Shown here: positions 50,007 to 60,696 of the stretch, one piece after another
Position numbering within the stretch: position 1 is the stretch's first letter
Layout of the letters: each line of letters begins with the position of its first letter
Source of the DNA: Candidatus Ratteibacteria bacterium
GTDB taxonomy: Bacteria; Ratteibacteria; UBA8468; B48-G9; DTJG01
Reading direction: 5' to 3'
DNA: 64,000 nt
Assembly: GCA_041656495.1 (NCBI GenBank)
Contig: JBBADJ010000002.1
Location: 139,839 to 203,838, forward strand
Position numbers and translations under genes: made by a program
Notes under the pieces: model-generated
Told to the model about the DNA's origin: nothing
What the model saw: the letters and a program-made list of their open reading frames with translations, nothing else
Database searches by the model: none

Positions 50007-51166
50007 CTTTCCGCCTCCTCAGTGGGGTCGCCAGCTGGCTGTTCAAGAAGTTGGCGCGCTTTTTTCATCATAGCGACCACCCCCTCTTCATCCATCTCCG
50101 CGATCTCCTGAAGCACCGATGGTTCTTCTTCAATCACAGATTTCAGCGTTTCGTAGCCGCGTTTTTGAAATTTCTCCACAACCTCCGCGGAAAGACCAAG
50201 CAGAGACAAAACCGGTTCTTCCCGCTCTTCCAAGCGGTTCACAATAATATTCCATCCTGTTAGTTTACATGCGAGGCGTACATTTTGACCCTTCTTGCCA
50301 ATCGCGAGAAAAAGCTGTTCTTTCTCTACCCATGCTACTGCCTCGTTCCGTTCCGGAGAATAGCGAACCTTCTGTATCGTTGCGGGTGCAAGCGCGGATG
50401 CCGTAAAAATTTCCGGATCAGGGCTCCATTTCATAACTTCAATCTTTTCTCCAGAAAGCTCCTTGATAATCGTCTTTATCCGTCCTGCGCGGTCTCCGAT
50501 ACAAGTACCAATCGGATCTATCTTGGGATCATCGGTATGTACCGCCACTTTGGAAAGGTCTCCGGGAAATCGTGCAATCGCTTTTATCTCTACAAGTCCC
50601 CGTTTAATCTCTGAAATCTCTTGTATCAATAGCTTTCTTAAAAATTCGGTTGAGGTCCTGGACACCACCAACGGAAAATTGCCATGACTCGGTTTACGCA
50701 CCTCTAATAAACATCCCTTTACCTGAGAACCTACGGGATACCGATCCGCAGGAAGCATATGCTTTCTTGGAAGAATACCCTCAACCTTGCCTATCATCAG
50801 AATAAGATTTCCCTCTTTGATCCGTTCCACACGTCCGGATACTATCTCGTTTTCAAGACCCTTGAACTCTTCAAAAACCGCATTCTGTTCTGCTTCACGG
50901 ATCTTCTGAAGAAGACTTTGTTTTACAGACTGCGCCACACTCCGTTCACCCCGAAGTTCAGGCAGAGGGATAGAATTTCCCTCTTCATCTGTAAGGAGAA
51001 TTTCTCCTGTCTCGGGGTCTACTTTCACATCAAAAACCCCTTCTATTCCGCCCTTTTTCTGATAGACCGAATGAAGAACATTTTCAAAGGATTCAATAAG
51101 ATATTCCTTCTCAATTCCCCGTTCTTTCGACCAAAAATCCAACAAAACCTTCAAATCCTGTTTCAT
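50003..51166 (-). CDS. nusA: Transcription termination/antitermination factor NusA
   Basis: N-terminal domain, S1 and KH domains; 387 aa. Confidence 0.93.
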   Translation of the reverse strand: MKQDLKVLLDFWSKERGIEKEYLIESFENVLHSVYQKKGGIEGVFDVKVDPETGEILLTDEEGNSIPLPELRGERSVAQSVKQSLLQKIREAEQNAVFEEFKGLENEIVSGRVERIKEGNLILMIGKVEGILPRKHMLPADRYPVGSQVKGCLLEVRKPSHGNFPLVVSRTSTEFLRKLLIQEISEIKRGLVEIKAIARFPGDLSKVAVHTDDPKIDPIGTCIGDRAGRIKTIIKELSGEKIEVMKWSPDPEIFTASALAPATIQKVRYSPERNEAVAWVEKEQLFLAIGKKGQNVRLACKLTGWNIIVNRLEEREEPVLSLLGLSAEVVEKFQKRGYETLKSVIEEEPSVLQEIAEMDEEGVVAMMKKARQLLEQPAGDPTEEAER

Positions 51167-51318
51167 TCTCTCTCTCCATCTACTGTATCTAACATTTCAT
51201 TGTAAGCCTTTCAGAAAGGCGTGTCAAATGGAGAAATGCGGTTTTTCAGGGAAAAGAAGGAAAAAAAAATCCTTGAAAAAACTCTCTTTGCGAGACTATA
51301 CAAAACCCGGCAGACCCT

Positions 51319-52635
51319 CTATGCGGAAAAGGAATCTTCTGAAACTACATTGGCAAAAAGTCGGTAAGGAAATGACTTCGTCACCTTCGCCGAAAGAAAA
51401 GTTCCGGGAAGATGAACTCCCTGAAGCGTAACAACGCAATCTATCTCAGGCGCGTCAAATTCGCTCCTTGCTGTTGAGGTACGGATCCCTTTTTTCTCTA
51501 CCAATACCTGCAAACGTCTTCCAATCAAAGAAGCCATATATCGCGCGGAAATCTCTTTTTGCGCCGCCATAATCTTTTCTGCCCGTACTTTTCGTACCTT
51601 CACAGGTACCTGAGAAGAGAGAGTAAAAGCAGGAGTGCCTTCTTCCCGATAGTAGGGAAAAACTCCGAGCCGTTCAAACAAAGCTTCCTGAACAAAGTTC
51701 AGAAGAAAAGCAAAATGCGCCTCTGTCTCTCCTGGAAAACCTGTAATCAAAGTAGTTCTAAGCGCGATACCCGGAACCGCCTTCCGAATTCTGGAGATAA
51801 GAATCTTATAGTCTAAGGCGGGTCGCCCCATCGCACGCAATATATCGGGATGAACATGCTGAATCGGAAGGTCAAGATACCGACAAACACCAGAGGTATT
51901 CGCCATAACATCCAACAAACGATCTGTAATCCGCGCCGGATGCGCATACATTACCCGAATCCATTGAAACCCAAAAGAAGAGAGTTTTTTTAAAAGTTCT
52001 GCCAACCCCTCTTTCTTGCCTAAATCTATTCCATAGGCAGTGCTGTCCTGACCCGCAATAATCAATTCCTCTACTCCCGCGGACGCAAGTTCTTCGGCTT
52101 CTTGCAAAAGATCTTTTTCCGGAACACTCTGCAAAGGACCCCGAATCATGGGAAGAGTACAGTAAGAACAATGGTTATCGCAACCCTCGTTCACCTTTAG
52201 TACCGCTGAAGGCAAAGAAAGCAGAAGCCGCGGTTGGGGTCTAAGATCAAAACAGACCTTTTTTCGCACAGAAAAAGAACGGTTCCCTCGTTCTGTTTCA
52301 GCAATAATCTCCACAAGACGATCCATCATATCCGGACCAACCACCGCATCTATCTCTTCTTCAAGAAAGAGCTGATCCGGTATCCGCTGGCTTAAACATC
52401 CGCATACAATAAGTTTAGCTCCTGTTCTACGCTTTATTTCAGCCAATTCCGCAATAACCTCATACGACTCCTTTACTGCAGGCGCAATAAATCCGCAGGT
52501 ATTCACCAACAAATAATCGGCTTCATAGGGGTCAGAGGAAATGATATAGCCATGGCTTCCCAAAAGCGCTAACATCCGTTCGGAATCAACAAAATTTCTT
52601 GGACATCCAAGGCTTATCAATGCAATGCTTTTCAT
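51319..52635 (-). CDS. rimO: Ribosomal protein S12 methylthiotransferase RimO (radical SAM MTTase)
   Basis: MKSIALISLGCPRNFVDSE N-terminal MTTase motif, radical SAM CDNHCSYC, C-terminal TRAM. Confidence 0.85.
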   Translation of the reverse strand: MKSIALISLGCPRNFVDSERMLALLGSHGYIISSDPYEADYLLVNTCGFIAPAVKESYEVIAELAEIKRRTGAKLIVCGCLSQRIPDQLFLEEEIDAVVGPDMMDRLVEIIAETERGNRSFSVRKKVCFDLRPQPRLLLSLPSAVLKVNEGCDNHCSYCTLPMIRGPLQSVPEKDLLQEAEELASAGVEELIIAGQDSTAYGIDLGKKEGLAELLKKLSSFGFQWIRVMYAHPARITDRLLDVMANTSGVCRYLDLPIQHVHPDILRAMGRPALDYKILISRIRKAVPGIALRTTLITGFPGETEAHFAFLLNFVQEALFERLGVFPYYREEGTPAFTLSSQVPVKVRKVRAEKIMAAQKEISARYMASLIGRRLQVLVEKKGIRTSTARSEFDAPEIDCVVTLQGVHLPGTFLSAKVTKSFPYRLFANVVSEDSFSA

Positions 52636-52686
52636 AGATTCATCATGGTTTATCGCGATAAGAAAAGGAAAAGTTTCAGCGCTGTT

Positions 52687-53421
52687 TTATTCCTCTTTCT
52701 GTAGAGATTTTCCTTGAGAAGTGAAAAAATGCTCATCAATCCGAAGGTCCACTACCGAACCCTTTGATCCAAAAGGACCGTATTTCTCTCTCTCTGATTC
52801 AATCAGCATTCCCGCGGCATTTCCCGCCCTTATAAAAAAGCTTGTTCCAGTACACTCCTTCCTCTCTCCCTCTTCGCAAAGACCTTCATATACCACCTCT
52901 CCATCCGCGAAAAGACGTATCCACACAGGTTCAAGAGCGATAAGTGTAATAGTACGGCACTCTTTCGGCTCCTCTGTACACATTACCGACTCTATAGGAA
53001 GAGAAGTCTCTCGCGCATGAAAAACATGGAACACAACTCCAGGAAGCGTTACAAGAATCAAAGAAAAAAGAAGAAACCCAATAACAACAGGCAGAGGAAA
53101 GAAGAGCTCGTTTTCTCTCTTCTCTTCAAAGGATTCTTCAGAGAACTTCTCTTCTTCAAGATCTAAAGTATCAGAGGAAAAAGGAAACTCTTCGCCGGAA
53201 AAAACCTTCAGAAGGCCCGTATCTAATTTAAGCGCCATAAGGTAGAGTTTCAAATAACCCCGAAGATGCGTCAAAGAAGAGAATTCATTCCATCTTCCCT
53301 CCTCCATTATTACAATATAACGGGGAGGAAGGTAGACTGTCTCCGCGACCTCCTCCACAGACAAACCCTTCTGTTCCCGCGCTTCCTTAAGTATCTTCGA
53401 GAGAGTGCTCCTGGTCTCCAT
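52687..53421 (-). CDS. rodZ: RodZ-like cytoskeleton protein (XRE-type HTH, single TM, C-terminal periplasmic domain)
   Basis: N-terminal HTH (LSKILKEAREQKGLSVEEVAE...), TM segment, C-terminal beta-rich domain. Confidence 0.6.
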   Translation of the reverse strand: METRSTLSKILKEAREQKGLSVEEVAETVYLPPRYIVIMEEGRWNEFSSLTHLRGYLKLYLMALKLDTGLLKVFSGEEFPFSSDTLDLEEEKFSEESFEEKRENELFFPLPVVIGFLLFSLILVTLPGVVFHVFHARETSLPIESVMCTEEPKECRTITLIALEPVWIRLFADGEVVYEGLCEEGERKECTGTSFFIRAGNAAGMLIESEREKYGPFGSKGSVVDLRIDEHFFTSQGKSLQKEE

Positions 53422-55723
53422 GCAATCCTTTTAAAATAGTGCGGGGTTTCCCTTCCCGGTAGGCTCCCACAATACCTTCCTCCTCCATCCGTTCAACAAG
53501 ACGCGCGGATTTATTAAACCCAATCTTAAGCCGGCGCTGAAGCATTGAAATAGAGGCAATCTTTGTTTCAAGCACAAGACGGACCGCCTGATGGTACAGA
53601 TCATCCTCAGAGCCGTCCATCGTAAAAGAGACCGTATCCTGTTCTTCTTTGGTATGGGTAAGTATCTCCCGACGGTATTCAGTTTCTCCCTGGGACTTCC
53701 AAAAACCGGTAACTTCTTCAATCTCTTCATCGGAAATATAACACCCCTGAGAACGAACAGGATGGGATTTTCCCGGAGGAAGGAAGAGAAGATCCCCTCT
53801 TCCAAGAAGCTTCTCTGCTCCAACCGAATCAAGAATGGTCTGAGAATCAAACTTTGATGCAACCTGAAATGCTATCCGGCACGGCAGATTCGCCTTAATC
53901 ACTCCTGTAATAACATTAACCGACGGCCGTTGTGTTGCCAAAATAAGATGAATTCCCGCCGCGCGAGAAAGAGCCGCAAGACGAATAACAGATTGTTCTA
54001 TCTCATTTTTCGCTATCATCATCAAATCCGCAAGTTCATCAATCACTACTACAATATAAGGAAGTTTCTCTTCTACCTCAGGATGGCTGTTATAGGTCTC
54101 TATATTACGCGCCTTTACCTGCGCAAAGCTCTTATAACGCTCGCTCATCTCCCTTATAAGCCATTTTAAGGAAGTTACTGCCTCTTTAATATCTACAATA
54201 ACAGGAAGAAGAAGGTGAGGAATATCATTATAAAGAATGAGTTCCACCATCTTTGGGTCAATCATCAGAAACCTAACCTCTTCCGGAGAAGCCTTATAAA
54301 GAATGCTAGTAATAAGAGAATTAAGACATACGGTCTTTCCAGATCCAGTCGCGCCCGCAATCAAAAGGTGAGGCATCAATTTAAGATCCGAAACTACCGG
54401 CCTTCCAAGAATGTTCTCTCCTATCGCAATAGTCAATTTTGACGGAGAAGAAAGAAATTCTCTGCTTTCAAAAATTTCCCGAAGATAGACAAGAGTAATT
54501 TCCCGGTTTGGAACTTCTATGCCTATCGTGGATTTTCCGGGCAATGGCGCCACCATTCTAATAGAACTCGCCTTAAGACTCATTGAAATATTATCTGCTA
54601 TTCTTGTAATGCGCGAGATAGGAATACCCGGCGCAGGCTGAAGTTCATACAGGGTTACCCTTGGACCCTGATTAATCTGCACAATCTCACCTTCAATGCC
54701 AAAATCGCTCAGAGTCTCTTCAATAACCTGCGCGTACCGTTCAAGGTCTTCTTTGGTCTCGCGTTCTGTGCTCTTTCCACGTTTCAACATAGTAACCAGA
54801 GGAAGGCGATACTTTTTTTTACCGGAAGAAGAAAGAGAAGAGTCGGGCAATACGCTTGGTAAAGGTAAAGACGTTGCGGAAATTGATTTTGTCTCGCTCT
54901 CTACTGGTATCTGATCAGAAGAAACCATAATATTCGGCTTTTTAGCGCCACTCCTTTTAGAGATTGGCTTCTTCTGATCCAAAAAAGAGGGTTCTGCTCG
55001 GGTACCGCTCCTTCGGGAAAACTTAATCTTTGAAGGAGAATGAGACGGAACCTCTTCTTGTGGAAGAAGATCTCGTAGAAAAAAGGTTTCTCTGACCGCC
55101 TCAAAAGGAAGAAGAAAGAGACGCGATAAGGCAAAAAGAAAGCCTGCGGTTGTCAGTCCTAAAAGAAAAATACCTCCCTTGCTTCCAAAATATCCCCGCA
55201 CAAAAGAGGCTGTCAAAATACCTAAAATCCCTCCTCCGGAATATCCGGAATCGCTCCATCCCATACAGGTACGGAGAGTATCCAAAAGCCCTGTTCCCGC
55301 AATAAGGAGACCCGCCAAACTAAAGAGTTCTAAAAGAGAAAAGGTAAAAGAACTCCATATCATCGCCCAGCCCGCAAGAAAAAGGGCAAAAAAGAAGAGA
55401 TAGGCGAAATGACCGAATAAAAAGAAGGCGGCCGCGGAAAGATTAGCGCCAAAATAGCCGCCAAAATTTACAGGCTCCGCATAAACAGGCCACCCAATCT
55501 GAAAAGTTGAGAAGACAGGATCTGCTTCATGGAAAGAAATAAGAGAAAAAAAGACAAAAATCGCCGCACCGATTAACAAAAAACCAGAAACCTTTTTTCT
55601 ATGGTTGCCCATAGGTATAAAAATAGCATATAATAAAGAAAAACAGAAAAAAAGAGAGGTACCTAAAGATTCTTCCAAGGGAAGATTATATTTTTTTATA
55701 GATGTAAATCTCAACCCTGCCAT
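53387..55723 (-). CDS. ftsK: DNA translocase FtsK
   Basis: N-terminal TM domain, proline/serine linker, motor domain (GATGSGKT Walker A), gamma winged-helix. Confidence 0.92.
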   Translation of the reverse strand: MAGLRFTSIKKYNLPLEESLGTSLFFCFSLLYAIFIPMGNHRKKVSGFLLIGAAIFVFFSLISFHEADPVFSTFQIGWPVYAEPVNFGGYFGANLSAAAFFLFGHFAYLFFFALFLAGWAMIWSSFTFSLLELFSLAGLLIAGTGLLDTLRTCMGWSDSGYSGGGILGILTASFVRGYFGSKGGIFLLGLTTAGFLFALSRLFLLPFEAVRETFFLRDLLPQEEVPSHSPSKIKFSRRSGTRAEPSFLDQKKPISKRSGAKKPNIMVSSDQIPVESETKSISATSLPLPSVLPDSSLSSSGKKKYRLPLVTMLKRGKSTERETKEDLERYAQVIEETLSDFGIEGEIVQINQGPRVTLYELQPAPGIPISRITRIADNISMSLKASSIRMVAPLPGKSTIGIEVPNREITLVYLREIFESREFLSSPSKLTIAIGENILGRPVVSDLKLMPHLLIAGATGSGKTVCLNSLITSILYKASPEEVRFLMIDPKMVELILYNDIPHLLLPVIVDIKEAVTSLKWLIREMSERYKSFAQVKARNIETYNSHPEVEEKLPYIVVVIDELADLMMIAKNEIEQSVIRLAALSRAAGIHLILATQRPSVNVITGVIKANLPCRIAFQVASKFDSQTILDSVGAEKLLGRGDLLFLPPGKSHPVRSQGCYISDEEIEEVTGFWKSQGETEYRREILTHTKEEQDTVSFTMDGSEDDLYHQAVRLVLETKIASISMLQRRLKIGFNKSARLVERMEEEGIVGAYREGKPRTILKGLHGDQEHSLEDT

Positions 55724-55761
55724 AAAGAGAGTTCTTAATAGTTACCTTCTGGAGAAGATCT

Positions 55762-56121
55762 ATGAAACAGGAATTTGAACGGGAACGAAAACGGTTGCGA
55801 ATCGCAAGTGTTCTCCAAAAAGAGCTGTGGACAATCCTGCGGCACGACTTTTCAGATGAACGTCTCGCTTTTCTTACTATTACCGCGGTAAAAGTAAGCA
55901 AAGATTTCAGAAAAGCGACCATAACAGTAAGTCCAATGGGATCTTTAGAAGAAAAAGAAGCCGCCATCGCCGCACTTCAAGAATCCCGCAGACATATCCG
56001 CCAAATTTTAGCAAGCCGTATTGCCATAAGATCAATTCCTGAACTTGAATTTATCCCTGAAGACGGCTCTGCGGCACGGATTGAAGAAATTTTACGGGAG
56101 ATTCAAGATGAACGAAAATAA
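55762..56121 (+). CDS. rbfA: Ribosome-binding factor A
   Basis: KH-like RbfA fold, ...LTITAVKVSKDFRKATI...; 119 aa. Confidence 0.8.
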   Translation: MKQEFERERKRLRIASVLQKELWTILRHDFSDERLAFLTITAVKVSKDFRKATITVSPMGSLEEKEAAIAALQESRRHIRQILASRIAIRSIPELEFIPEDGSAARIEEILREIQDERK

Positions 56122-57730
56122 GATCCGGAATCTTCTCCTCTCTCTCTTACAAAAAGAAGGTATAGAAGCTCCAAAACAATTCCGGGTATTCCGCCAGGAA
56201 AAAAAAGCCTTTGGAGACTTTTCTACCAATCTTGCCTTTATGCTTGACCGAAACCGCAATAATCCACAGGCTTATGCCTCCCATATTGTTAAGGCGCTCA
56301 AAGAAGAGAACAAAAACGATCACCTCTTTGAAAAGATAGAAGAACAGGGAGGCTTTATAAACTTCTTTCTTCCGCAACGCGCTCTAAGCGAAGCTGTCGC
56401 AACCATCCTCTCTCAGGGAACTTCCTTTGGAAAAAACAGTACTAAAAAAGACGAAACCATCCTTCTTGAATTTGTAAGCGCAAATCCGACAGGACCTCTT
56501 ACCATCGCGCATGGACGCCAAGCCGCTTTTGGAGAGGCTCTCGCCCGAATCCTCACCGCCTCGGGCGCCACTGTTACAAAAGAGTATTACCTCAATGACT
56601 GCGGCCGCCAGATGAAACTTCTCGGTCTTTCCCTCAAAGCCCTTCATCTCCGCGCCACCGGTATAGAGTACAAAATTCCTGAAGATGGATACCACGGCGA
56701 TTATATGCAAGAGATCTCACAGCGTCTTCCGCATACCAACCTTCCCCTTAGCGACGAAGAGTACACAACATTCGCCCAAAAAGAGATCCTTTCCAGTATC
56801 ACGCAAGATCTTAAAGATTTCGGAGTCTTCTTTGATTCATGGAGACGAGAAAGCGAATTGCGGCGCGAAGGAAAGGTAGAAGCGAGTATTGAGGAACTTT
56901 CTAAAAAAGGATTTTCCTATGAAAGTGAAGGTGCGCTATGGTTCCGTACCACTCTTTTCGGCGATGACAAAGACCGCGTACTACGCAAACAAGATGGCTC
57001 TTACACTTACCTTGCTCCGGATATCGCCTACCATGCCGAAAAAATCGGCCGTGGATATAACAGGCTTATTACTATCCTGGGACCAGACCATCTCGGATAT
57101 ATATCCCGGCTAAAAGCCGCAGTTGAGGTATTTGGATTTTCTGCCGAGAACCTCAATATTCTTACGGTTCAACTTACCACCCTCTACAGGGGCACGGAAA
57201 AGATTGCCATGTCTACCAGAGCCGGCGACTTCCTCTCCCTTAGACAACTTATTGACGAGGTTGGAAGCAATGCGGTAAAGTTCTTCTTTCTCTTCAGAAA
57301 AGCAGATAGTCATCTTGATTTTGACCTTGAACTTGCAAAAAAAGAGAGTGATGAAAATCCTGTCTATTACCTTCAATACGCCTATGTTCGGGCGCTCCAC
57401 ATCCTTCAGCATGCGAAAGAAAAGAAGATCTCTCTTCAAACACCGCCTGACCTCTCTCTATTAAATGAAGATTCTGATATCGCCCTTATCAAAAAGCTAA
57501 CTGGATTTCCTTCTGTTATTGAATCCGCCTCTTCTGGTCTTGAAGTCTCTTTGGTAAGCAGGTATCTTCTTGATCTTGTAGGCCTCTTTCATTCCTATTA
57601 TCAAAAAAGCCGGGTAATCACCGACACAATCCCCCTTTCACAGGCGCGCCTCGCTCTTATACGCGCTTTCCTTACCGTTATTTCCAATGGCATGGATCTT
57701 CTTGGAATCACCAAACCAGCAGAGATGTAG
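56108..57730 (+). CDS. argS: Arginine--tRNA ligase
   Basis: Class I aaRS with N-terminal Arg_tRNA_synt_N domain and DALR anticodon-binding domain; start trimmed to MNENK. Confidence 0.9.
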   Translation: MNENKIRNLLLSLLQKEGIEAPKQFRVFRQEKKAFGDFSTNLAFMLDRNRNNPQAYASHIVKALKEENKNDHLFEKIEEQGGFINFFLPQRALSEAVATILSQGTSFGKNSTKKDETILLEFVSANPTGPLTIAHGRQAAFGEALARILTASGATVTKEYYLNDCGRQMKLLGLSLKALHLRATGIEYKIPEDGYHGDYMQEISQRLPHTNLPLSDEEYTTFAQKEILSSITQDLKDFGVFFDSWRRESELRREGKVEASIEELSKKGFSYESEGALWFRTTLFGDDKDRVLRKQDGSYTYLAPDIAYHAEKIGRGYNRLITILGPDHLGYISRLKAAVEVFGFSAENLNILTVQLTTLYRGTEKIAMSTRAGDFLSLRQLIDEVGSNAVKFFFLFRKADSHLDFDLELAKKESDENPVYYLQYAYVRALHILQHAKEKKISLQTPPDLSLLNEDSDIALIKKLTGFPSVIESASSGLEVSLVSRYLLDLVGLFHSYYQKSRVITDTIPLSQARLALIRAFLTVISNGMDLLGITKPAEM

Positions 57731-57776
57731 AGATCGCATCCATGCCTCTTTTTCTGCCAAAACATCTTCCACTACG

Positions 57777-57805
57777 TTGACATATCAACAGGGATACGAT
57801 ATAGT
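57777..57805 (+). promoter_or_regulatory. Sigma-70-like promoter (TTGACA-N17-TATAGT) immediately upstream of the pilB ATG; implies a leaderless transcript
   Basis: Consensus -35 hexamer, 17-nt spacer, -10 TATAGT ending 6 nt before the ATG at 57812. Confidence 0.4.
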
Positions 57806-57811
57806 CTTTGC

Positions 57812-59521
57812 ATGCCGACAAAACGAGAAATTACAACGATTATCCAAAATATGGGGCTCTGGGACAAGAGAACTCTTGACAGAGCGCTTGAAGATCTTGA
57901 AAGTTCCGGTCGCCCGCTAAAAGAGATATTTCAAAGTATGGGCCTTCTTCCTATCGGCGAAATATCTCCCACCCTCTTCTTCCAACTCGGCATTGTTCAA
58001 CAAGAGCTTCCTGCACGAGAAATACCCAAAAACGTTCTCACTACTATTTCTTCTTCCTTTGTAAAAAAACATCGGATCATTCCATGGGAAATCCGAGAAG
58101 ATGGAAAACTTATTGTCGCTTCTGACGATCCCCTTAATATTCTTGCAACAGATTACTTCAAAAAAGCAGTAGACTGGGAGAGCGAAATAGAGGTATTTAT
58201 CACCTTCCCAAATGAAATAGATCAACTTCTTGAAAAATATTATGAACAGCAAGATATAGAGGACCTCTCATCCCTTCTTCAGGAAGCGGGAAGCTCTTCT
58301 GTGGAGGCCGTTGAAGAAGAGGAAGAAATTATTTCCGATGAAGATGAAGAGGCGCTTGCGCTTCAAGCGCCTGTAGTAAAGATCGTCAATCTTATCTTTG
58401 TAGAAGCTCTTCGCCGACGGGCAAGCGATATCCATCTTGAACCTCTTGAAAAACGCTTTCGGGTCCGATTCCGCATTGACGGAGTCCTCTACGAAGTCGT
58501 AAGTCCTCCTAAACGCATTGAACGAGCAACCATTGCCCGTATCAAACTAATGGCAAAGATGAATCTTGCGGAAAAACGAGTCCCGCAAGACGGCCGCATT
58601 AACTTAGATCTTAGCGGCAGACCTATTGACTTCCGCGTTTCCGCACTTCCCGGAGTTTATGGCGAAAGCGTTGTCATGAGAATCCTTGATAAAACCACCA
58701 GTCTTAAAGACCTTGAACAACTCGGATTTGTAGGAAACGATTTAGTAGTATGGGAAACTCTGATGAAATATTCAGGAGGAATTGTTCTGGTAACAGGACC
58801 GACCGGAAGCGGGAAAACTACTACCCTGTACGCCTCTCTGAAAAAACTCAATACCATTGATAAAAAATTAATGACGGTTGAAGAACCAGTAGAGTATCAG
58901 ATCGCGGGGATCAACCAGACCCCGGTTCTTTCAGAGATAGGACGTACCTTCTCCGCTATTCTCAGAGCATTCCTTCGCCAATCACCCGATATTATTCTTG
59001 TAGGAGAAATACGAGACGTTGAAACCGCAGATATCGCTCTTCGCGCCGCCCTTACCGGACACCTTGTCTTCTCAACACTCCATACCAATGACGCGCCAAG
59101 CGCAATTACCCGTCTTATTGACCTCGGCATTCCGCCATTTTTGGTGGCATCCGCTGTACAAGGCGTTATGGCACAGCGGCTTGTGCGGGTTCTCTGCAAA
59201 TACTGCAAGGAACCTTATCAACCCACACCAGAAGAGGAACGCATTTTAGACAGAAAAGAGGGAGAACCCTATGAACTCTTCCAGCCCAAAGGATGCGCGG
59301 AATGCAACTTTACCGGCTTCAGCGGACGACTCGGTGTCTTTGAGATCTTTCAGATGACTGACAAAATGCGAGAACTGACTCTCCAACGGGTTTCTGCCAG
59401 CGAACTACGAAAAGCCGCGATTCAACATGGAATGAAATCCATGCGAGACGACGGTATCGCAAAAACAAAACAAGGTATTACAACCCTTCAAGAAATCTTT
59501 GATGTAGCAGGAGAAGAGTAA
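57812..59521 (+). CDS. pilB: Type IV pilus / T2SS assembly ATPase (GspE/PilB family)
   Basis: T2SSE_N domain, acidic linker, Walker A GPTGSGKTT, Asp and His boxes, tetracysteine zinc motif (CKYC…CAEC). Confidence 0.88.
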   Translation: MPTKREITTIIQNMGLWDKRTLDRALEDLESSGRPLKEIFQSMGLLPIGEISPTLFFQLGIVQQELPAREIPKNVLTTISSSFVKKHRIIPWEIREDGKLIVASDDPLNILATDYFKKAVDWESEIEVFITFPNEIDQLLEKYYEQQDIEDLSSLLQEAGSSSVEAVEEEEEIISDEDEEALALQAPVVKIVNLIFVEALRRRASDIHLEPLEKRFRVRFRIDGVLYEVVSPPKRIERATIARIKLMAKMNLAEKRVPQDGRINLDLSGRPIDFRVSALPGVYGESVVMRILDKTTSLKDLEQLGFVGNDLVVWETLMKYSGGIVLVTGPTGSGKTTTLYASLKKLNTIDKKLMTVEEPVEYQIAGINQTPVLSEIGRTFSAILRAFLRQSPDIILVGEIRDVETADIALRAALTGHLVFSTLHTNDAPSAITRLIDLGIPPFLVASAVQGVMAQRLVRVLCKYCKEPYQPTPEEERILDRKEGEPYELFQPKGCAECNFTGFSGRLGVFEIFQMTDKMRELTLQRVSASELRKAAIQHGMKSMRDDGIAKTKQGITTLQEIFDVAGEE

Positions 59522-60696
59522 TGGCAAAACGGATTGAAGAACTCTTAGAAACCATTGTGCGAGAAGATGCCGCAGACCTCCATATCAACGTGGGACTTCC
59601 GCCAATTATGCGCGCCCATGGCGGATTAATGAAGATGGATAAGGAAGATCTCACGCCTGACGACACTGTTGCTTATATGAAAGCCATCACCTCACGGGAA
59701 CATCAGGAAGAAATTCAACGCGTGGGAGGAACCGATTTCGGCTTTGCCTTCAGAGATCTTGCACGATTCAGAGTAAGTGTCTTCAAAGAACGGGGCAACC
59801 TTGCAATGGCGCTCCGGCTTATTCCTCATCGGTTTCTCACCTTTGAACAGATAGGACTTGACCCAAAAACAATGAGGTATCTTCTTACTCGTCCCCGGGG
59901 ACTCATTCTTGTTACCGGACCGACCGGAAGCGGGAAAACAACTACCCTCGCCTCCATGATAGATTATATCAATTCCCACATGGAACGACATATCATTACC
60001 GTAGAAGATCCTATTGAATATTTCCATTCCCATAAACGCTCCATTATAACCCAAAGAGAGCTCGGCGTAGACGTACCGACCTTTCCGGAAGCATTGCGCC
60101 GCGGTTTGCGCCAAGATCCCGATGTATTTCTGGTGGGAGAACTTCGCGACCTTGAAACCATTGAAGCGGCTATTACCGCGGCTGAAACAGGACACCTTGT
60201 CTTTGGAACACTCCATACCACGGGAGCCACACGGACTATTGACCGAATCGTCAATGTCTTTCCCGTCGCTCAGCAAGAACAGATCCGGGTAATGCTTTCT
60301 GTCTCTATCCTCGGCATCCTCTCGCAGATTCTTCTAAAAAGAAGAGATAAACCTGGACGGGTTGCAGGATTTGAACTTCTGATAGCGACGCCATCTGTAC
60401 AGAACCTTATCCGGGAAAGAAAGACCTACCGGCTTCTCTCTGATATTCAAACAGGAATGAAATGGGGAATGGTTGCCCTTGACGCCCACCTGATGAACTC
60501 ATTCAAACAGGGGAAAATTTCCTTTGAAGATCTTATGGTCTATAGCTATGACCCCGAACAGGTCAGACTCCAATTAGTAGCAGAAGGAGTCATTGACGAA
60601 GCGCTCGCCGCCACTGCTGGAAAACAGGACGGTATTACCGACGTAGTTCTTGACGACGAACAAAATAACGCCCCACCCGCGATTTCCAATGGCTGA
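59521..60696 (+). CDS. pilT: Twitching-motility retraction ATPase PilT (with about 45-aa C-terminal extension)
   Basis: PilT-specific N-terminus (LHINVGLPPIMRAHG), Walker A GPTGSGKTT, no zinc motif; 391 aa. Confidence 0.88.
   Translation: MAKRIEELLETIVREDAADLHINVGLPPIMRAHGGLMKMDKEDLTPDDTVAYMKAITSREHQEEIQRVGGTDFGFAFRDLARFRVSVFKERGNLAMALRLIPHRFLTFEQIGLDPKTMRYLLTRPRGLILVTGPTGSGKTTTLASMIDYINSHMERHIITVEDPIEYFHSHKRSIITQRELGVDVPTFPEALRRGLRQDPDVFLVGELRDLETIEAAITAAETGHLVFGTLHTTGATRTIDRIVNVFPVAQQEQIRVMLSVSILGILSQILLKRRDKPGRVAGFELLIATPSVQNLIRERKTYRLLSDIQTGMKWGMVALDAHLMNSFKQGKISFEDLMVYSYDPEQVRLQLVAEGVIDEALAATAGKQDGITDVVLDDEQNNAPPAISNG

Noticed and set aside
51228-51431. 67-aa lysine-rich ORF in the nusA-rimO intergenic region
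   Set aside because: Runs into the 3' end of rimO on the opposite strand. Composition is driven by an A-rich leader and there is no SD. More likely non-coding leader sequence.
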